Assembly: GCA_963692915.1 (NCBI GenBank)
Contig: OY843584.1
Location: forward strand, 1,504,001 to 1,568,000
Length of the DNA: 64,000 bases
Direction: 5' to 3'
Source: Cenarchaeum sp.
GTDB taxonomy: Archaea; Thermoproteota; Nitrososphaeria; Nitrososphaerales; Nitrosopumilaceae
Both the position numbers and the translations under genes were made by a program. This document shows positions 38,320 to 48,630 of this stretch, piece by piece. The notes beneath the pieces were generated by a model that worked only from the letters and a program-made list of their open reading frames with translations, ran no database searches and was not told where the DNA came from. Numbering within the stretch: position 1 is the first letter of the stretch; each line of letters starts with the position of its first letter.

Positions 38320-39978
38320 CTACCCTACGGCTATTATACCTTTTTGAATCAAGAACTCTAAACCATTAACAAAGTCATCGTCTCCCACGAGGCCCTCTGC
38401 CCACCACCGCGCCGTCTCCTTTACCCACGATGGGATGGCCGCCGCGCCGGCCCCGCCCTCGCGCTCGGCGCTAGCCGAGATTACGCCGTGCTCGATGAGG
38501 TATGCGATGCCAGAGGCAAATGTCGCATCATCAATGTCGCCGTCTGCCCACCAGAGCGCGTTGCTGCGTATCCAGCCAGGAACCGCCTGTGGCGCTGCCC
38601 CGCCGAGCTCTATTATGCCCGAGCCGATTCCGGCGTACGCGGGGTCAAAGTCAAGGCCAACGGTTCCCTGGCCGTATAGGAGGAGGTCAAGCCTGTACGT
38701 GCCAGCGCCGGGAAAGTCAACCTCGACAATGTCGATTCCCTCAGACGCAAACGCGCCGGGGCTCTGGCCCATGGCCGCCTCGCCGAGGTTGCGCACAAGC
38801 TCTGTGCCGGCCACGTGGTCTGCGAGTATGTGGCCGTATCGCGCGTTCTTTAGCAGGTTACCGGACTCGTCAAAGAACGCGATCTCTAGGGGGACTGCGC
38901 CAGTAGACGCGCGAGCATCCCAGGAGACGCTGACTGTTGCGCCGACGCGCTCGTCTGTGTCATCGGGGTTTACCAGAAAGAACTCTGTCGAGTTTTGGTC
39001 GACATTGTCCTCGGGGACGAGCTCAAAGCTCATCATGCCGCTCTGCTCGTGCTCGGCTCCGAGCTCGGCGTTTATGCGCTGGAGCTCGGCAGTGGTGACG
39101 AGAAAGTGTATGACGTTGCGGTCCTCGTACGTGTACGGGTCGACTAGGAGGACGCGCTTGTCGAGCCTGACGCCGTCGACATAGCCGGCGTATGTCCTGT
39201 CAGGCGCGTACGTCGTGAACGACTTTGGAACCTGGATCTCCTCGTGGACTATCTGGACCAGATCGACGTACTCGGGACTCCAGTCAAATGGCATGTCAAA
39301 GGAGAGGGACTCGCGCTTTTCATCATAGCGTATGTTGGAGACCTCGTCATAGTATGTCTTTATCGCGGCCGGAACCTCGGCGTGCGCGGTTCTTATCGTG
39401 AACGGCTGCACGTCGGCCACGCTGACGAACGTGTCATAGTTGAGCATCTCGGTGAGGATCGTCCTTGCGCTAGTCGCGCCGGCTATGCTGACCTTTACGT
39501 TATAGAGGCCGCCGCGGTCAAATATGGGCCCCTGTATGACGACGTTGCTCTGGCCCTGCGCATAGAGCGCGCCGGGCGCCGTGGGGTGCTCGCTGCCAAA
39601 GTACCTCGTGCATTTCCAGAGGAGCGGCTCGGCGCAACCCTCCCTTGGCCGCAGCGTCACGTCAAGCTTGCCGTCGGTGTCAAAAAAGAGGTTTCTGGCA
39701 ATGAGGTCATCTCCGCGCCATATCTCGATCTTGTACGTGACGTCGCCAAAGTCCTCGCTCGTGCCAACGTCATAGAACCTGACTGCCATCGACGCCTCGG
39801 TTATCTCTTGTGCCGAGAGGTCCGATGGCGTGAGCTGCGTGCTCACCGTGACGTCACGGCCCCCGAGATCCAGCGGCGGGGCGACATCGCCCCCGAGGCC
39901 GTGGCCAAACGAGTCTGACACGGCCGGCACTGCGGCGAGGATCGCCGCGACTGCCACAAGGGCTGCCCATGTCTTCAT
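38320..39978 (-). CDS. Secreted thaumarchaeal surface protein with IP.W...A.WW C-terminal repeats
   Basis: Signal peptide + HGLGGD; two VPGWIRSNALWW/IPSWVKETARWW repeats. Confidence 0.8.
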   Translation of the reverse strand: MKTWAALVAVAAILAAVPAVSDSFGHGLGGDVAPPLDLGGRDVTVSTQLTPSDLSAQEITEASMAVRFYDVGTSEDFGDVTYKIEIWRGDDLIARNLFFDTDGKLDVTLRPREGCAEPLLWKCTRYFGSEHPTAPGALYAQGQSNVVIQGPIFDRGGLYNVKVSIAGATSARTILTEMLNYDTFVSVADVQPFTIRTAHAEVPAAIKTYYDEVSNIRYDEKRESLSFDMPFDWSPEYVDLVQIVHEEIQVPKSFTTYAPDRTYAGYVDGVRLDKRVLLVDPYTYEDRNVIHFLVTTAELQRINAELGAEHEQSGMMSFELVPEDNVDQNSTEFFLVNPDDTDERVGATVSVSWDARASTGAVPLEIAFFDESGNLLKNARYGHILADHVAGTELVRNLGEAAMGQSPGAFASEGIDIVEVDFPGAGTYRLDLLLYGQGTVGLDFDPAYAGIGSGIIELGGAAPQAVPGWIRSNALWWADGDIDDATFASGIAYLIEHGVISASAEREGGAGAAAIPSWVKETARWWAEGLVGDDDFVNGLEFLIQKGIIAVG

Positions 39979-40125
39979 GCGTTGGAGGAGACCATTTTTC
40001 CTTATTAACCATGGCATTGGGTCACGCGTGGGATCAGAGATCGCCCCAGTGTTTGCGAACAGTTGTCCTTGTTGGGCGTGAGCCTCTAGATATTGTGCCT
40101 CTCTAGGTCGGTGCTATGCCCCGCC

Positions 40126-41865
40126 CTAGCGCACTATTACGGCACCCAACATCCATGGGTGCACTATGCAATAGTACGGATAGTCGCCAACATCCTCAAA
40201 CGTGTGCTCGAATGTGTTGCCTGCCAGCAGCAGGCTGCTGTCAAACTCGCCTGTGGCGCCCTCAGTCGGGGATCCGGCCGTGACCGTGTGAGCCACGGTG
40301 TCGATGTTGTCCCACATCACCGTGGTTCCCGGACCGACCTCGAGCGTGTGGGGGAGGTAGCACTCGTCAGTCGCCTCGCATCCGGCCACGCCCGTTCCAG
40401 CCGGTATCATGACCGTGGGACTCGTGGTTTGCGGAGCGGTCGGCGGGGTCACCGGGACCGGAACAGGCGGCTCTGGCACGCTGACCGGCGGGGTCACCCT
40501 CGGCGGGGTCACCGGAACCGTGGGAGGATCTGGGATGCTGACCGGCGGGGTCACTTGAACCGGCGGGGTCACCGGAACCGTGGGCGGCTCTGGCACGCTG
40601 ACCGGCGGGGTCACTTGAACCGGCGGGGTCACCGGAACCGGAGCGGGCGGCTCTGTCTCCCCCCGCACCATCACAACCCCGGTCTGCCACGGGTGCACTA
40701 TGCAATAGTACGGGTACTCGCCGACCTCCTCAAACTCGTGCTCAAAGGTGTTGCCTGCCAGCAGCAGGCTGCTGTCAAACTCGCCTGTGGGGCCCTCAGT
40801 CGGGGATCCGGCCGTGACCGTGTGAGCCACGTTGTCGATGTTATCCCACGTCACCGTGGTTCCCGGACCCACCTCGATCGTGTGGGGAATGTAGCACTCG
40901 TCAGTCGCCTCGCATCCGGCTATGCCGGTTCCCTCTGGTATCATTACCGTGGGACTCGTGGTTTGCGGAGCGGTCGGCGGGGTCACCGGAACCGTGGGCG
41001 GCTCTGGCACGCTGACCGGCGGGGTCACCGGAACCGTGGGCGGCTCTGGCACGCTGACCGGCGGGGTCACCGGAACCGGTGCGGGCGGCTCTGTCTCCCC
41101 CTGCACCATCACAACCCCGGACATCCATGGGTGGATTATGCAATAGTATGCGTGCTCGCCGGCCTCGTTGAACACGTGCCTAAACCTCTCTCCGGGATAG
41201 ATCAACAGGCTGTCAAACTCGCCGGACGGGCCGGTGGCAACGTTGCCGGCCACAACAGTGTGGCTGACAACGTCATTGTTCTCCCATGTCACTAGGGCCC
41301 CGCGCCCAACCTCCACTGACATGGGCACATAGCACTCGCCGGCCTCCTCGCACCCTGGCACGCCGGCACCGTCGCCTATGCTGATCGTCGTGTCCATGGG
41401 ATTCGGTGCCGGCACCCTGGCGTCATCACCACGCTCTGCAACGGTTATCTGCGCAACTGACTTTGGGGCCAGGGCCACAGGGTTCTCAGTGGACTCCCAC
41501 ACGAGCGCAGTCGCCTCATAGACTCCGGCCTGCGGGGGAATCCACACGACAGACAGAGTTCTTGACTCGCCAACGGACAGCTTTCCGCCAACCCACATCA
41601 GGGCTCCCGTAATGTCATCTGCGTCGTTCACCTGCACAATGTACGCGTATTGCTGTTCTGCGTTCTGTGAGTTTGTGATCATCGTCGAGATCAGGATCGC
41701 CTCGCCGACGTCACTGCGCACCACTGCCTCGCCGGCCACGTTCGTTATGCGTATATCACCTATGGTCACAGGCGCATCACGCCATGTCGACTCGGCTTCC
41801 TGCGCAAACGCGGCGGGAACGGCCACCATGGCTAGCATGACCATTGGCAAGACCCACGCTGACAT
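40126..41865 (-). CDS. Secreted protein with three plastocyanin-like domains and Pro/Thr/Val linkers
   Basis: Signal peptide, Ig-like domain, three HTV...YYC.[IV]HPW[MQ] domains. Confidence 0.9.
   Translation of the reverse strand: MSAWVLPMVMLAMVAVPAAFAQEAESTWRDAPVTIGDIRITNVAGEAVVRSDVGEAILISTMITNSQNAEQQYAYIVQVNDADDITGALMWVGGKLSVGESRTLSVVWIPPQAGVYEATALVWESTENPVALAPKSVAQITVAERGDDARVPAPNPMDTTISIGDGAGVPGCEEAGECYVPMSVEVGRGALVTWENNDVVSHTVVAGNVATGPSGEFDSLLIYPGERFRHVFNEAGEHAYYCIIHPWMSGVVMVQGETEPPAPVPVTPPVSVPEPPTVPVTPPVSVPEPPTVPVTPPTAPQTTSPTVMIPEGTGIAGCEATDECYIPHTIEVGPGTTVTWDNIDNVAHTVTAGSPTEGPTGEFDSSLLLAGNTFEHEFEEVGEYPYYCIVHPWQTGVVMVRGETEPPAPVPVTPPVQVTPPVSVPEPPTVPVTPPVQVTPPVSIPDPPTVPVTPPRVTPPVSVPEPPVPVPVTPPTAPQTTSPTVMIPAGTGVAGCEATDECYLPHTLEVGPGTTVMWDNIDTVAHTVTAGSPTEGATGEFDSSLLLAGNTFEHTFEDVGDYPYYCIVHPWMLGAVIVR
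40430..40645. repeat. Tandem PVTPP/VSVPEPPT-coding repeats (second block about 40970-41085)
   Basis: Repeated cggcggggtcacc and ggcggctctggcacgctgac units. Confidence 0.85.
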
Positions 41866-41965
41866 CTGTCCGGAGAGCGTGACCCGTCTGAATAAATACC
41901 CATCGTGACCGGTGCCAGGGCACACGCGCCAATGTTTAATTACATATGGCCCTGGCACGCCTCGC

Positions 41966-42787
41966 ATGAGGCTTGCAGCGACAATCATTCCGGCCATGCT
42001 GCTCATCATAGCTGTCGGCACCGCACACGCGCAGATGCAGTCAATGCCGACTGACGGCGGCGCGCTCATAGTCGAGCTCTCTCCGTCTCCTGACACGCCA
42101 CGGCCCGGCGAGGTTGTGCTGGGGATCAACTTTGTCAATCCGACAACGCAGGACACGCAAGTTCACATTGACTATGCGATGAACGTCACGATGGGTGGCA
42201 CGACATACGCAAGCGTCGAGCGCTCGCACACAGCAGAGGGAAGCGTTCGCATACCCGTGACGCTCGATGATGCCGGCACGTATAATGTGACCGTCACGAC
42301 TGACGGGATATACTTTCAGCCAATACCGGCGCAGTCGGCCATGTTCTCGCTTGCAGTCGGCGTCGCCTCGGGAACAGTAGATGAGCCAATGCCACCGAGC
42401 AACGGCGGGGGATGCCTCGTGGCAACTGCGGCGTATGGAACCGAGCTTGCGCCACAGGTCCAGTCCCTGCGCGAGCTTCGTGACAGGACAGTCATGGGCA
42501 CCGAGTCGGGCAGGGCATTCATGGCGTGGTTCAACTCGGCATACTATGCGTTCTCGCCGGCGATCGCCGACATGGAACGCCAGAACGAGCACCTTCGCGT
42601 GGTCGTTGCGCTGGCGATCACCCCGATGGTTTCCACGCTGGGCCTCCTCGAGAATGCCGGAATCGAGAGCGACGCCGAGATGGTCTCATACGGCCTGGCC
42701 GTGATCGCGCTAAACGCGGGCATGTATATCGGCACGCCCGCGCTGGCAGTCGTGGGAATCAGGCGCCTGGCGGCTCGCCGTGCCTAG
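41966..42787 (+). CDS. Exported protein with CFI-box-CTERM domain
   Basis: GGGCLVATAAYGTELAPQVQSLRELRD...YYAFSP + C-terminal TM. Confidence 0.88.
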   Translation: MRLAATIIPAMLLIIAVGTAHAQMQSMPTDGGALIVELSPSPDTPRPGEVVLGINFVNPTTQDTQVHIDYAMNVTMGGTTYASVERSHTAEGSVRIPVTLDDAGTYNVTVTTDGIYFQPIPAQSAMFSLAVGVASGTVDEPMPPSNGGGCLVATAAYGTELAPQVQSLRELRDRTVMGTESGRAFMAWFNSAYYAFSPAIADMERQNEHLRVVVALAITPMVSTLGLLENAGIESDAEMVSYGLAVIALNAGMYIGTPALAVVGIRRLAARRA

Positions 42788-42821
42788 TAGGTATTTATTT
42801 ACCCGTGGCGTCCCTGCGTCA

Positions 42822-43880
42822 ATGAAGACAGCAACGATAGGAACGCTCTTTGCGATTCTAGCCATTGCGACATCAACTATGGCACACGCGCCCGCGTATG
42901 CGGAGCACGCCGACGATCCGACGGTCACTGTACCGGCGGGAACGGGCGTGGCCGGATGCGAGGCGACTGACGAGTGCTACCTTCCCCACACGATCGAGGT
43001 GGGTCCGGGAACCGAAGTGACGTGGGACAACATTGACACCGTGGCTCACACGGTCACGGCCGGATCCGCGACTGAGGGCCCCACAGGCGAGTTTGACAGC
43101 AGCCTACTGCTGGCAGGCAACACCTTTGAGCACGAGTTTGAGGAGGTCGGCGAGTACCCGTACTATTGCATAGTGCACCCGTGGATGGCAGGCGTGGTTC
43201 AAGTCACACCGTATGACCACCATGACGACGATGATGCCCATGGAGACGACGCGAACAAGATGACGGACAACGGCGACAAGCCAGCTATGATAGACGAGGA
43301 TGAGAACACGATGCCTTTGACTGACACAATGACGGATATGGGCAACGGCGACGAGACGAACGATGGCATGACGTCAAGCAACATGGGTAACATGAACGAG
43401 ATGATGCCGAGCACCATGGCAAACATGATGGACGGCATGATGATGACGCTTGAAGGCGGCGAGGTTATGGTTCACGTGTCCGCAATGGACGACCCAATGG
43501 CCGGTGAGCCACTCGAGCTAGCACTTGCATTCACAGACAGCGAAGGCATGATGACACAGCACGTAAACTATGACATCCGCGTGACGCAGGGCAACATGGT
43601 CGTGTTCAGCGAGAACAGCGCCCATGACCACCAGGCAGGCGGTCCGGCAATGGTAACCACAAGGGTACTAGAGTCAGACGATCCAGTCGACGTTCGCGTG
43701 ACGTTTCAGGGCTTTGGACTGCCCGGATCGTCGATAGCCGAGCGTGATGGCCCCACAGGCGAGATGGTCGAGTTTGAGCAAGTTCCCGAGTTTGGCACCA
43801 TCGCAGTGATGGTGCTCGTTGTGGCAATCGTAAGCATTGTCGCAGTGACCTCACGGTCAAGCGTGTTCCAGCGAGTCTAG
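42822..43880 (+). CDS. Blue copper protein with Met/His-rich linker and PEFG-CTERM anchor
   Basis: Cupredoxin YYCIVHPWM; MMPSTMANMMDGMMM; VPEFGTIA + TM. Confidence 0.9.
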   Translation: MKTATIGTLFAILAIATSTMAHAPAYAEHADDPTVTVPAGTGVAGCEATDECYLPHTIEVGPGTEVTWDNIDTVAHTVTAGSATEGPTGEFDSSLLLAGNTFEHEFEEVGEYPYYCIVHPWMAGVVQVTPYDHHDDDDAHGDDANKMTDNGDKPAMIDEDENTMPLTDTMTDMGNGDETNDGMTSSNMGNMNEMMPSTMANMMDGMMMTLEGGEVMVHVSAMDDPMAGEPLELALAFTDSEGMMTQHVNYDIRVTQGNMVVFSENSAHDHQAGGPAMVTTRVLESDDPVDVRVTFQGFGLPGSSIAERDGPTGEMVEFEQVPEFGTIAVMVLVVAIVSIVAVTSRSSVFQRV

Positions 43881-43891
43881 GAAACCACAAC

Positions 43892-44587
43892 TTATCTTCT
43901 TTTTATGAGCGCCATAGTGGCGAGTGCGATCCCCGCCACGCCAAATGCCGCGCCAAATAGGGCAATGTCGTATGCGACGGGGTCAGATGTGGGAGCTGCA
44001 GCACCGCCTGATGCGATCTCGCGCTGCATCGCAGAAACTGTGCTGCGCAGGGCATCAATGTCGGCGTTGCCCGAGGCCTCCCTTGGCGGAAAGTCAAGGG
44101 CAGCCGTCCTTTCAACATCCTCTATGCGGATAGGCGTGTCGACTGGAGTCTCGCCTATGTTGCCCTCTAGGTGGACAGAGTACGAGCCGGCCCTAGTCGG
44201 AATTATCTTTGTGTAATAGTGGCCCGGCTTTGGGTCATTGAGTATCTCGGCTGCGCGCTCGACACCGCCAAACTTTAGCGTCACCTCGATGCCCGAGAAC
44301 GATGCGGCAACGCCGCGCCTGACGCCCTCGCTCCCGCCGGACTCTGTGACCGAATATACGACGGTGTTGCGCATCCCCTCGATGGGCGGCTCTATTCCCC
44401 AGCCGACCTCGATCTCATAGGGGTCAACCTCGACTGTCGTGTGTGCGCTGGCCATCGGCACACCGATGACTAGCGAGGCTGCGATGACCATTGCGACAAA
44501 GAGCGCGCGCACTGTGCTGCGAGTGGAAGCCGCAGGCGTTTTAAGCCTTTGGCGCTCATGCGCCATGGACACGTGTGGTAATCCCAT
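43892..44587 (-). CDS. Exported membrane-anchored hypothetical protein
   Basis: Signal peptide ASAH, VGWGIEPP, C-terminal TM + KRR; start uncertain. Confidence 0.7.
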   Translation of the reverse strand: MGLPHVSMAHERQRLKTPAASTRSTVRALFVAMVIAASLVIGVPMASAHTTVEVDPYEIEVGWGIEPPIEGMRNTVVYSVTESGGSEGVRRGVAASFSGIEVTLKFGGVERAAEILNDPKPGHYYTKIIPTRAGSYSVHLEGNIGETPVDTPIRIEDVERTAALDFPPREASGNADIDALRSTVSAMQREIASGGAAAPTSDPVAYDIALFGAAFGVAGIALATMALIKRR

Positions 44588-44632
44588 ACCACAGATAGCT
44601 ATTTAGCAAACTCGGTGGCATGCCAACTCGCA

Positions 44633-47600
44633 ATGAGGCACGCCGCAGCAGCACTACTCGCCGTACTCGCCGGAATGGGTGCGGCGTATGCGTTCACCGG
44701 CGACACGGTGAGCCTGCCGCAAGAGAGGCCTGACGTGCAAGAGCTGCTCACGTCTGGCATAATCGAGACCGGCGAGATTCGCGAAAACCTCGCAACGAGG
44801 TATCTCGTGTTCAGCGAGGGCTCGCGCGGGTTCTCAACTGAACTTGGCGACTCGGACATTCCGCGAGTTGCCGCACTCGGGCACCGGATAGCTGCTGACA
44901 TGCGAGTCGAGCTGCACAACGAGACGGCAACTGACGTGTCTAGGATCGGCGAGCTCTCCGGCACGCTGCACGTGCGCGAGGAGCACGGACTAGACGGGAC
45001 TGGCGTGCGCGTTGCCATAGTCGACACGGGAGTCGACTTTTCAAATCCTGACTTGCGCCATGCCCTCGCGCGAGACCCCGTGACAAACCATCCCATAATG
45101 CTCGACGCTGACGCGCAGGGGATCGTCCTGACAAACTCTACGTTCGTCGCGCGAATTGGCGATGACGGGACAATATCCGAGTACGGCTCTGTGCTGCCCG
45201 AGTGGGCAACGTCATCAGTCAGGGTGGAGCCCACGGGCGTGTACCTTGACGTCGAGCGCGGGGGAAGCGGAACCAGGGTCGCCGTGTACAACTCGTTCTT
45301 TCCAGAGGCCGGACCCGGCACAGGACCAATATTCAACGCGACGATGGACGATGACATGAGGATCGGCCACGGCCCGGACGACTATATAGTGTCCAAGAGC
45401 GGCGTCTACCGGCTAGGCGTGATATACCAGGGGTCCCTTGAGGGCGCGCTAGTCGGCCTGCAAGTCGTCCCAGTCCTCGTAATCGACGCAGTCAAGGCCG
45501 GCATATATGACACGATAATCCCCGATCTCTCGACGTCATGGCTTGACTATACGCGCTCCTCGCTGCCTGCCGGCGTGATGCCCGACTATGACTTTGACTT
45601 TACCGACGAGGTTCCAGTCGTGCTCGGCTCAGGCAACGAGACGCTCGTGTACGACTCTGATGATGACGGCTTGGGCGACTATAGCGTCGGCACGATCGGC
45701 GCGCACGTGCTCGACGTGTATGGCGCGCTGCGCGGCAACGCGACTGGCGAGCCGGCCATGGGTCCTGACCTGCGCATCCTCCCGCCGATGGACCCCGGAG
45801 GAGAATTTTTCGGGATAATGGCCGACTCGGTCGGCCACGGCACGTCTAGTGCCGCAACAGTCGCCGCAGCGGGCACGATCGAGTATGACATTTACAACTC
45901 TACATCAAGGCACACGATCACGGGTGCTGCCCCCGGCGCGTCGATCGTGCCGATAAAGGCGCTCTGGTACGGTGACACGCCGCATGCGTGGATGTGGGCC
46001 GCGGGCATGGACCTGCGCGATGACGGGACATGGAGATACACGGGCTCGCCGCGGGCCGACATTGTGTCAAACAGCTGGGGCGCGCCACAGTTTCCGTCCA
46101 CGGGCGAGGCGCCCGGCCTTGACACAGTCTCGCTCCTCCTCTCGTACCTCTCGGCGCCGGGATCCCTCGGGCCAGACTATCCCGGAGTGCTCTTTGTGAC
46201 TAGCGCCGGAAACTCTGGCCATGGGTATGGCACGATGGCAGCGCCCGGTGCAGCACCATTCGCGCTGACTGCCGGCGCGACTACGAACAGCGCGTTTGTC
46301 GGATATGGGAACTTTGAGGGTGAGCCACGATTTGGCAACTCGACGGCCTCGCACGGCCACCTCGTGGACTTTAGCAGCCGCGGGCCGACGACGATCGGCG
46401 ATCCAAAACCGGACATGCTCTCAACTGGGGCATACTCTTTTGTGCCTTCAAGCGTCCTGCGCGCACCGCGAGATGACGGCCCACACGAGCCGTTCTCGCT
46501 GTTTGGCGGGACCAGCATGGCAGCGCCGATGGTCTCTGGTGCTGCTGCAGTCACACTCGAGGCACTTCGGGCGCAGGACAGTTACGGGTCAGTCAGCCCG
46601 CACAGGCTAAAGTCGATACTAGTCTCGACTGCCGCTGACACGGGAAACGACGCGCTAGCGCAGGGCGCAGGACTGGCCAATGCGACTGGCGCCGTCTCGT
46701 TTGCGCGAGGCGAGGCCGGCTCGTTCCTAGTCACAAACGACGCGACGCACAGAAACGTGCTAGACGCGATGCGCGAGCCGCTAAACCTCCTCAACGCGAC
46801 GGCCCTCGGCCTGCGCGAGATACGCATGCCCGAGGAGGCACACGCGCACACGTCGTGGTATGGCGGCAGGGTCATGGCCGGCGAGTCAATGACTGCGACA
46901 TTTACGGTTGAAAACCCGTCTGATGAGACGCTCACCGTCTCCATCAGGCCAGAGTCGACATCACTACTGTCATCCTCGACGTATGCGGGCGTCACCACAC
47001 CGCATGAGGTCGATCCAGAGCTGGACGACTATGGCGTGTTTGCGCCAAACTATGTCCCCCTCTCCGGCGTTGCGGCCCATGACACGCTAGAGTCGTACTT
47101 TGAGGAGGCCTCGATACCGCCCGAGTCAAGCCTCCTGGTCCTGAGCGCAAGCTTTGGCCTCGGCGAGTTTATGAACATGACTGTGAACGAGGAGGCATAC
47201 GCCTCAGACATCCGCCTCTCCTCGCTATACCTGTATGACTGGGTCGACTCGGACAACAGCACGCGCCCCGAGTCCTCCGAGCTCGCCCTCGTCTCGCGGG
47301 CCGGCTCTTGGGGAACGGTCCAGGAGATGCGCGTCTCCGAGCCGGCCGCGCAGTTTGAGGGCACGCCGCTCGTCGGGATTTACCCCCTGCCGACGCGCTA
47401 TTCGTACTGGACGGGTGACACGGGGACAAACTCGACGTCCATGGAGTACGCGCTGACTGCATCCTACTATGCGCCATCGCGCTGGGACGCAGTCTGGCTT
47501 GAGACTGACGAGCTCGTCGTGCCGCCAAACTCGAAAGCTCGCCTCCGCGCGACTGTCGTCGTGCCCGAGTCCGCCGAGCCCGGCGTGCACCAGGGGTTCT

Positions 47601-48148
47601 TGCGCTTTGAGGGCGACTCGCAGGTGACTCTAGTGCCCGTGTCGTATGCCGTAAAGGTGCCCGTGGGGGAGCGCAAGGTTCCCGTCGAGCGCGTGGCATC
47701 CACCACGCCGCGCTCGCCGGGGGAGATTCGCGGCGCATTTGACATGGTCAGCACGTACATGGCCGGAGACTGGAGCCAGCACCACTTTGACGTGGATGAC
47801 CCGTCGGCAAGCTCTGCAGTCATCGACGTGTCATGGGAGGATCCGCAGACTAGCGTCACGGCGTTCGTCGTCGAGCCGGGAGGCTCGATAGCCGCATCAA
47901 GCGCGCCGCCTGGCGCGTTTGGCGGGATACTCGGGTGGCCGTCCTCGGACTGGCTCGGCCCCACGCAGTTCAGCCAGGGCGGCGGGTTTTTCCCCGTGAC
48001 GGGGCGCAACTCTACATCGACGCTGTTCGTCGCGCCGGTCAACGCGACTGGCACGTATGGCATCATGGTACACGCCACAGTCTTTGGGGCCGGCGAGCAC
48101 GGAGACGCGCTTTCTGAGCCGATATCAGTAGGCGTGCAGGTTCGCTAG
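44633..48148 (+). CDS. S8 subtilisin-like serine protease
   Basis: AIVDTG, GHGTS, SAGNSG, GTSMAAP catalytic motifs; signal peptide. Confidence 0.93.
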   Translation: MRHAAAALLAVLAGMGAAYAFTGDTVSLPQERPDVQELLTSGIIETGEIRENLATRYLVFSEGSRGFSTELGDSDIPRVAALGHRIAADMRVELHNETATDVSRIGELSGTLHVREEHGLDGTGVRVAIVDTGVDFSNPDLRHALARDPVTNHPIMLDADAQGIVLTNSTFVARIGDDGTISEYGSVLPEWATSSVRVEPTGVYLDVERGGSGTRVAVYNSFFPEAGPGTGPIFNATMDDDMRIGHGPDDYIVSKSGVYRLGVIYQGSLEGALVGLQVVPVLVIDAVKAGIYDTIIPDLSTSWLDYTRSSLPAGVMPDYDFDFTDEVPVVLGSGNETLVYDSDDDGLGDYSVGTIGAHVLDVYGALRGNATGEPAMGPDLRILPPMDPGGEFFGIMADSVGHGTSSAATVAAAGTIEYDIYNSTSRHTITGAAPGASIVPIKALWYGDTPHAWMWAAGMDLRDDGTWRYTGSPRADIVSNSWGAPQFPSTGEAPGLDTVSLLLSYLSAPGSLGPDYPGVLFVTSAGNSGHGYGTMAAPGAAPFALTAGATTNSAFVGYGNFEGEPRFGNSTASHGHLVDFSSRGPTTIGDPKPDMLSTGAYSFVPSSVLRAPRDDGPHEPFSLFGGTSMAAPMVSGAAAVTLEALRAQDSYGSVSPHRLKSILVSTAADTGNDALAQGAGLANATGAVSFARGEAGSFLVTNDATHRNVLDAMREPLNLLNATALGLREIRMPEEAHAHTSWYGGRVMAGESMTATFTVENPSDETLTVSIRPESTSLLSSSTYAGVTTPHEVDPELDDYGVFAPNYVPLSGVAAHDTLESYFEEASIPPESSLLVLSASFGLGEFMNMTVNEEAYASDIRLSSLYLYDWVDSDNSTRPESSELALVSRAGSWGTVQEMRVSEPAAQFEGTPLVGIYPLPTRYSYWTGDTGTNSTSMEYALTASYYAPSRWDAVWLETDELVVPPNSKARLRATVVVPESAEPGVHQGFLRFEGDSQVTLVPVSYAVKVPVGERKVPVERVASTTPRSPGEIRGAFDMVSTYMAGDWSQHHFDVDDPSASSAVIDVSWEDPQTSVTAFVVEPGGSIAASSAPPGAFGGILGWPSSDWLGPTQFSQGGGFFPVTGRNSTSTLFVAPVNATGTYGIMVHATVFGAGEHGDALSEPISVGVQVR

Positions 48149-48189
48149 TGCGGTTTGGCTCTGGCCAGCTCGGCCCATTGCCTGCATCG

Positions 48190-48588
48190 TCACTTGCCCA
48201 GTTCTGAGTTTAGGCGTATGCGCACAAAGAGTGGGTGAAACTCTAGGTTGCGCTCTATGACCTTGCTGTATTTGCGCGCAAACGCGCGCCTCATATGGCC
48301 ACACTCTAGCTCGTCGCAACCGGGCAAAAGCGAGGCACACTCGCGTTTAACCCGCTGTTCAGCAGAGCACGTTGAGCAGATCTTTTTCTTGTATTGCTCG
48401 CTGTGCTCCGCATTCAGTCCTAGGATCCTTCTTCCCTCGTCTAGCCAGTCGGCCATGCGCCCGTCCCAGGCCTCTTGAGCCGGTGACCTTGGCGCGTCCC
48501 TGATCTCTAACTTTTCACTCGTGATCAACCGGCCGACTCTCATGATCCAAATGCGGTCTTGGTCAGTTTTATTGGATCTTTTAATCAA
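48190..48588 (-). CDS. Cys-rich hypothetical protein
   Basis: CSTC...C...C...CGH; start uncertain. Confidence 0.5.
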   Translation of the reverse strand: MIKRSNKTDQDRIWIMRVGRLITSEKLEIRDAPRSPAQEAWDGRMADWLDEGRRILGLNAEHSEQYKKKICSTCSAEQRVKRECASLLPGCDELECGHMRRAFARKYSKVIERNLEFHPLFVRIRLNSELGK

Positions 48589-48630
48589 TTATATAATCTG
48601 TCATAATGGTTATGTACTAGATCAATAAAC

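Noticed and set aside
40430-41085. Repeats resembling a CRISPR array
   Set aside because: In-frame Pro/Thr/Val linker repeats inside a CDS, with no unique spacers
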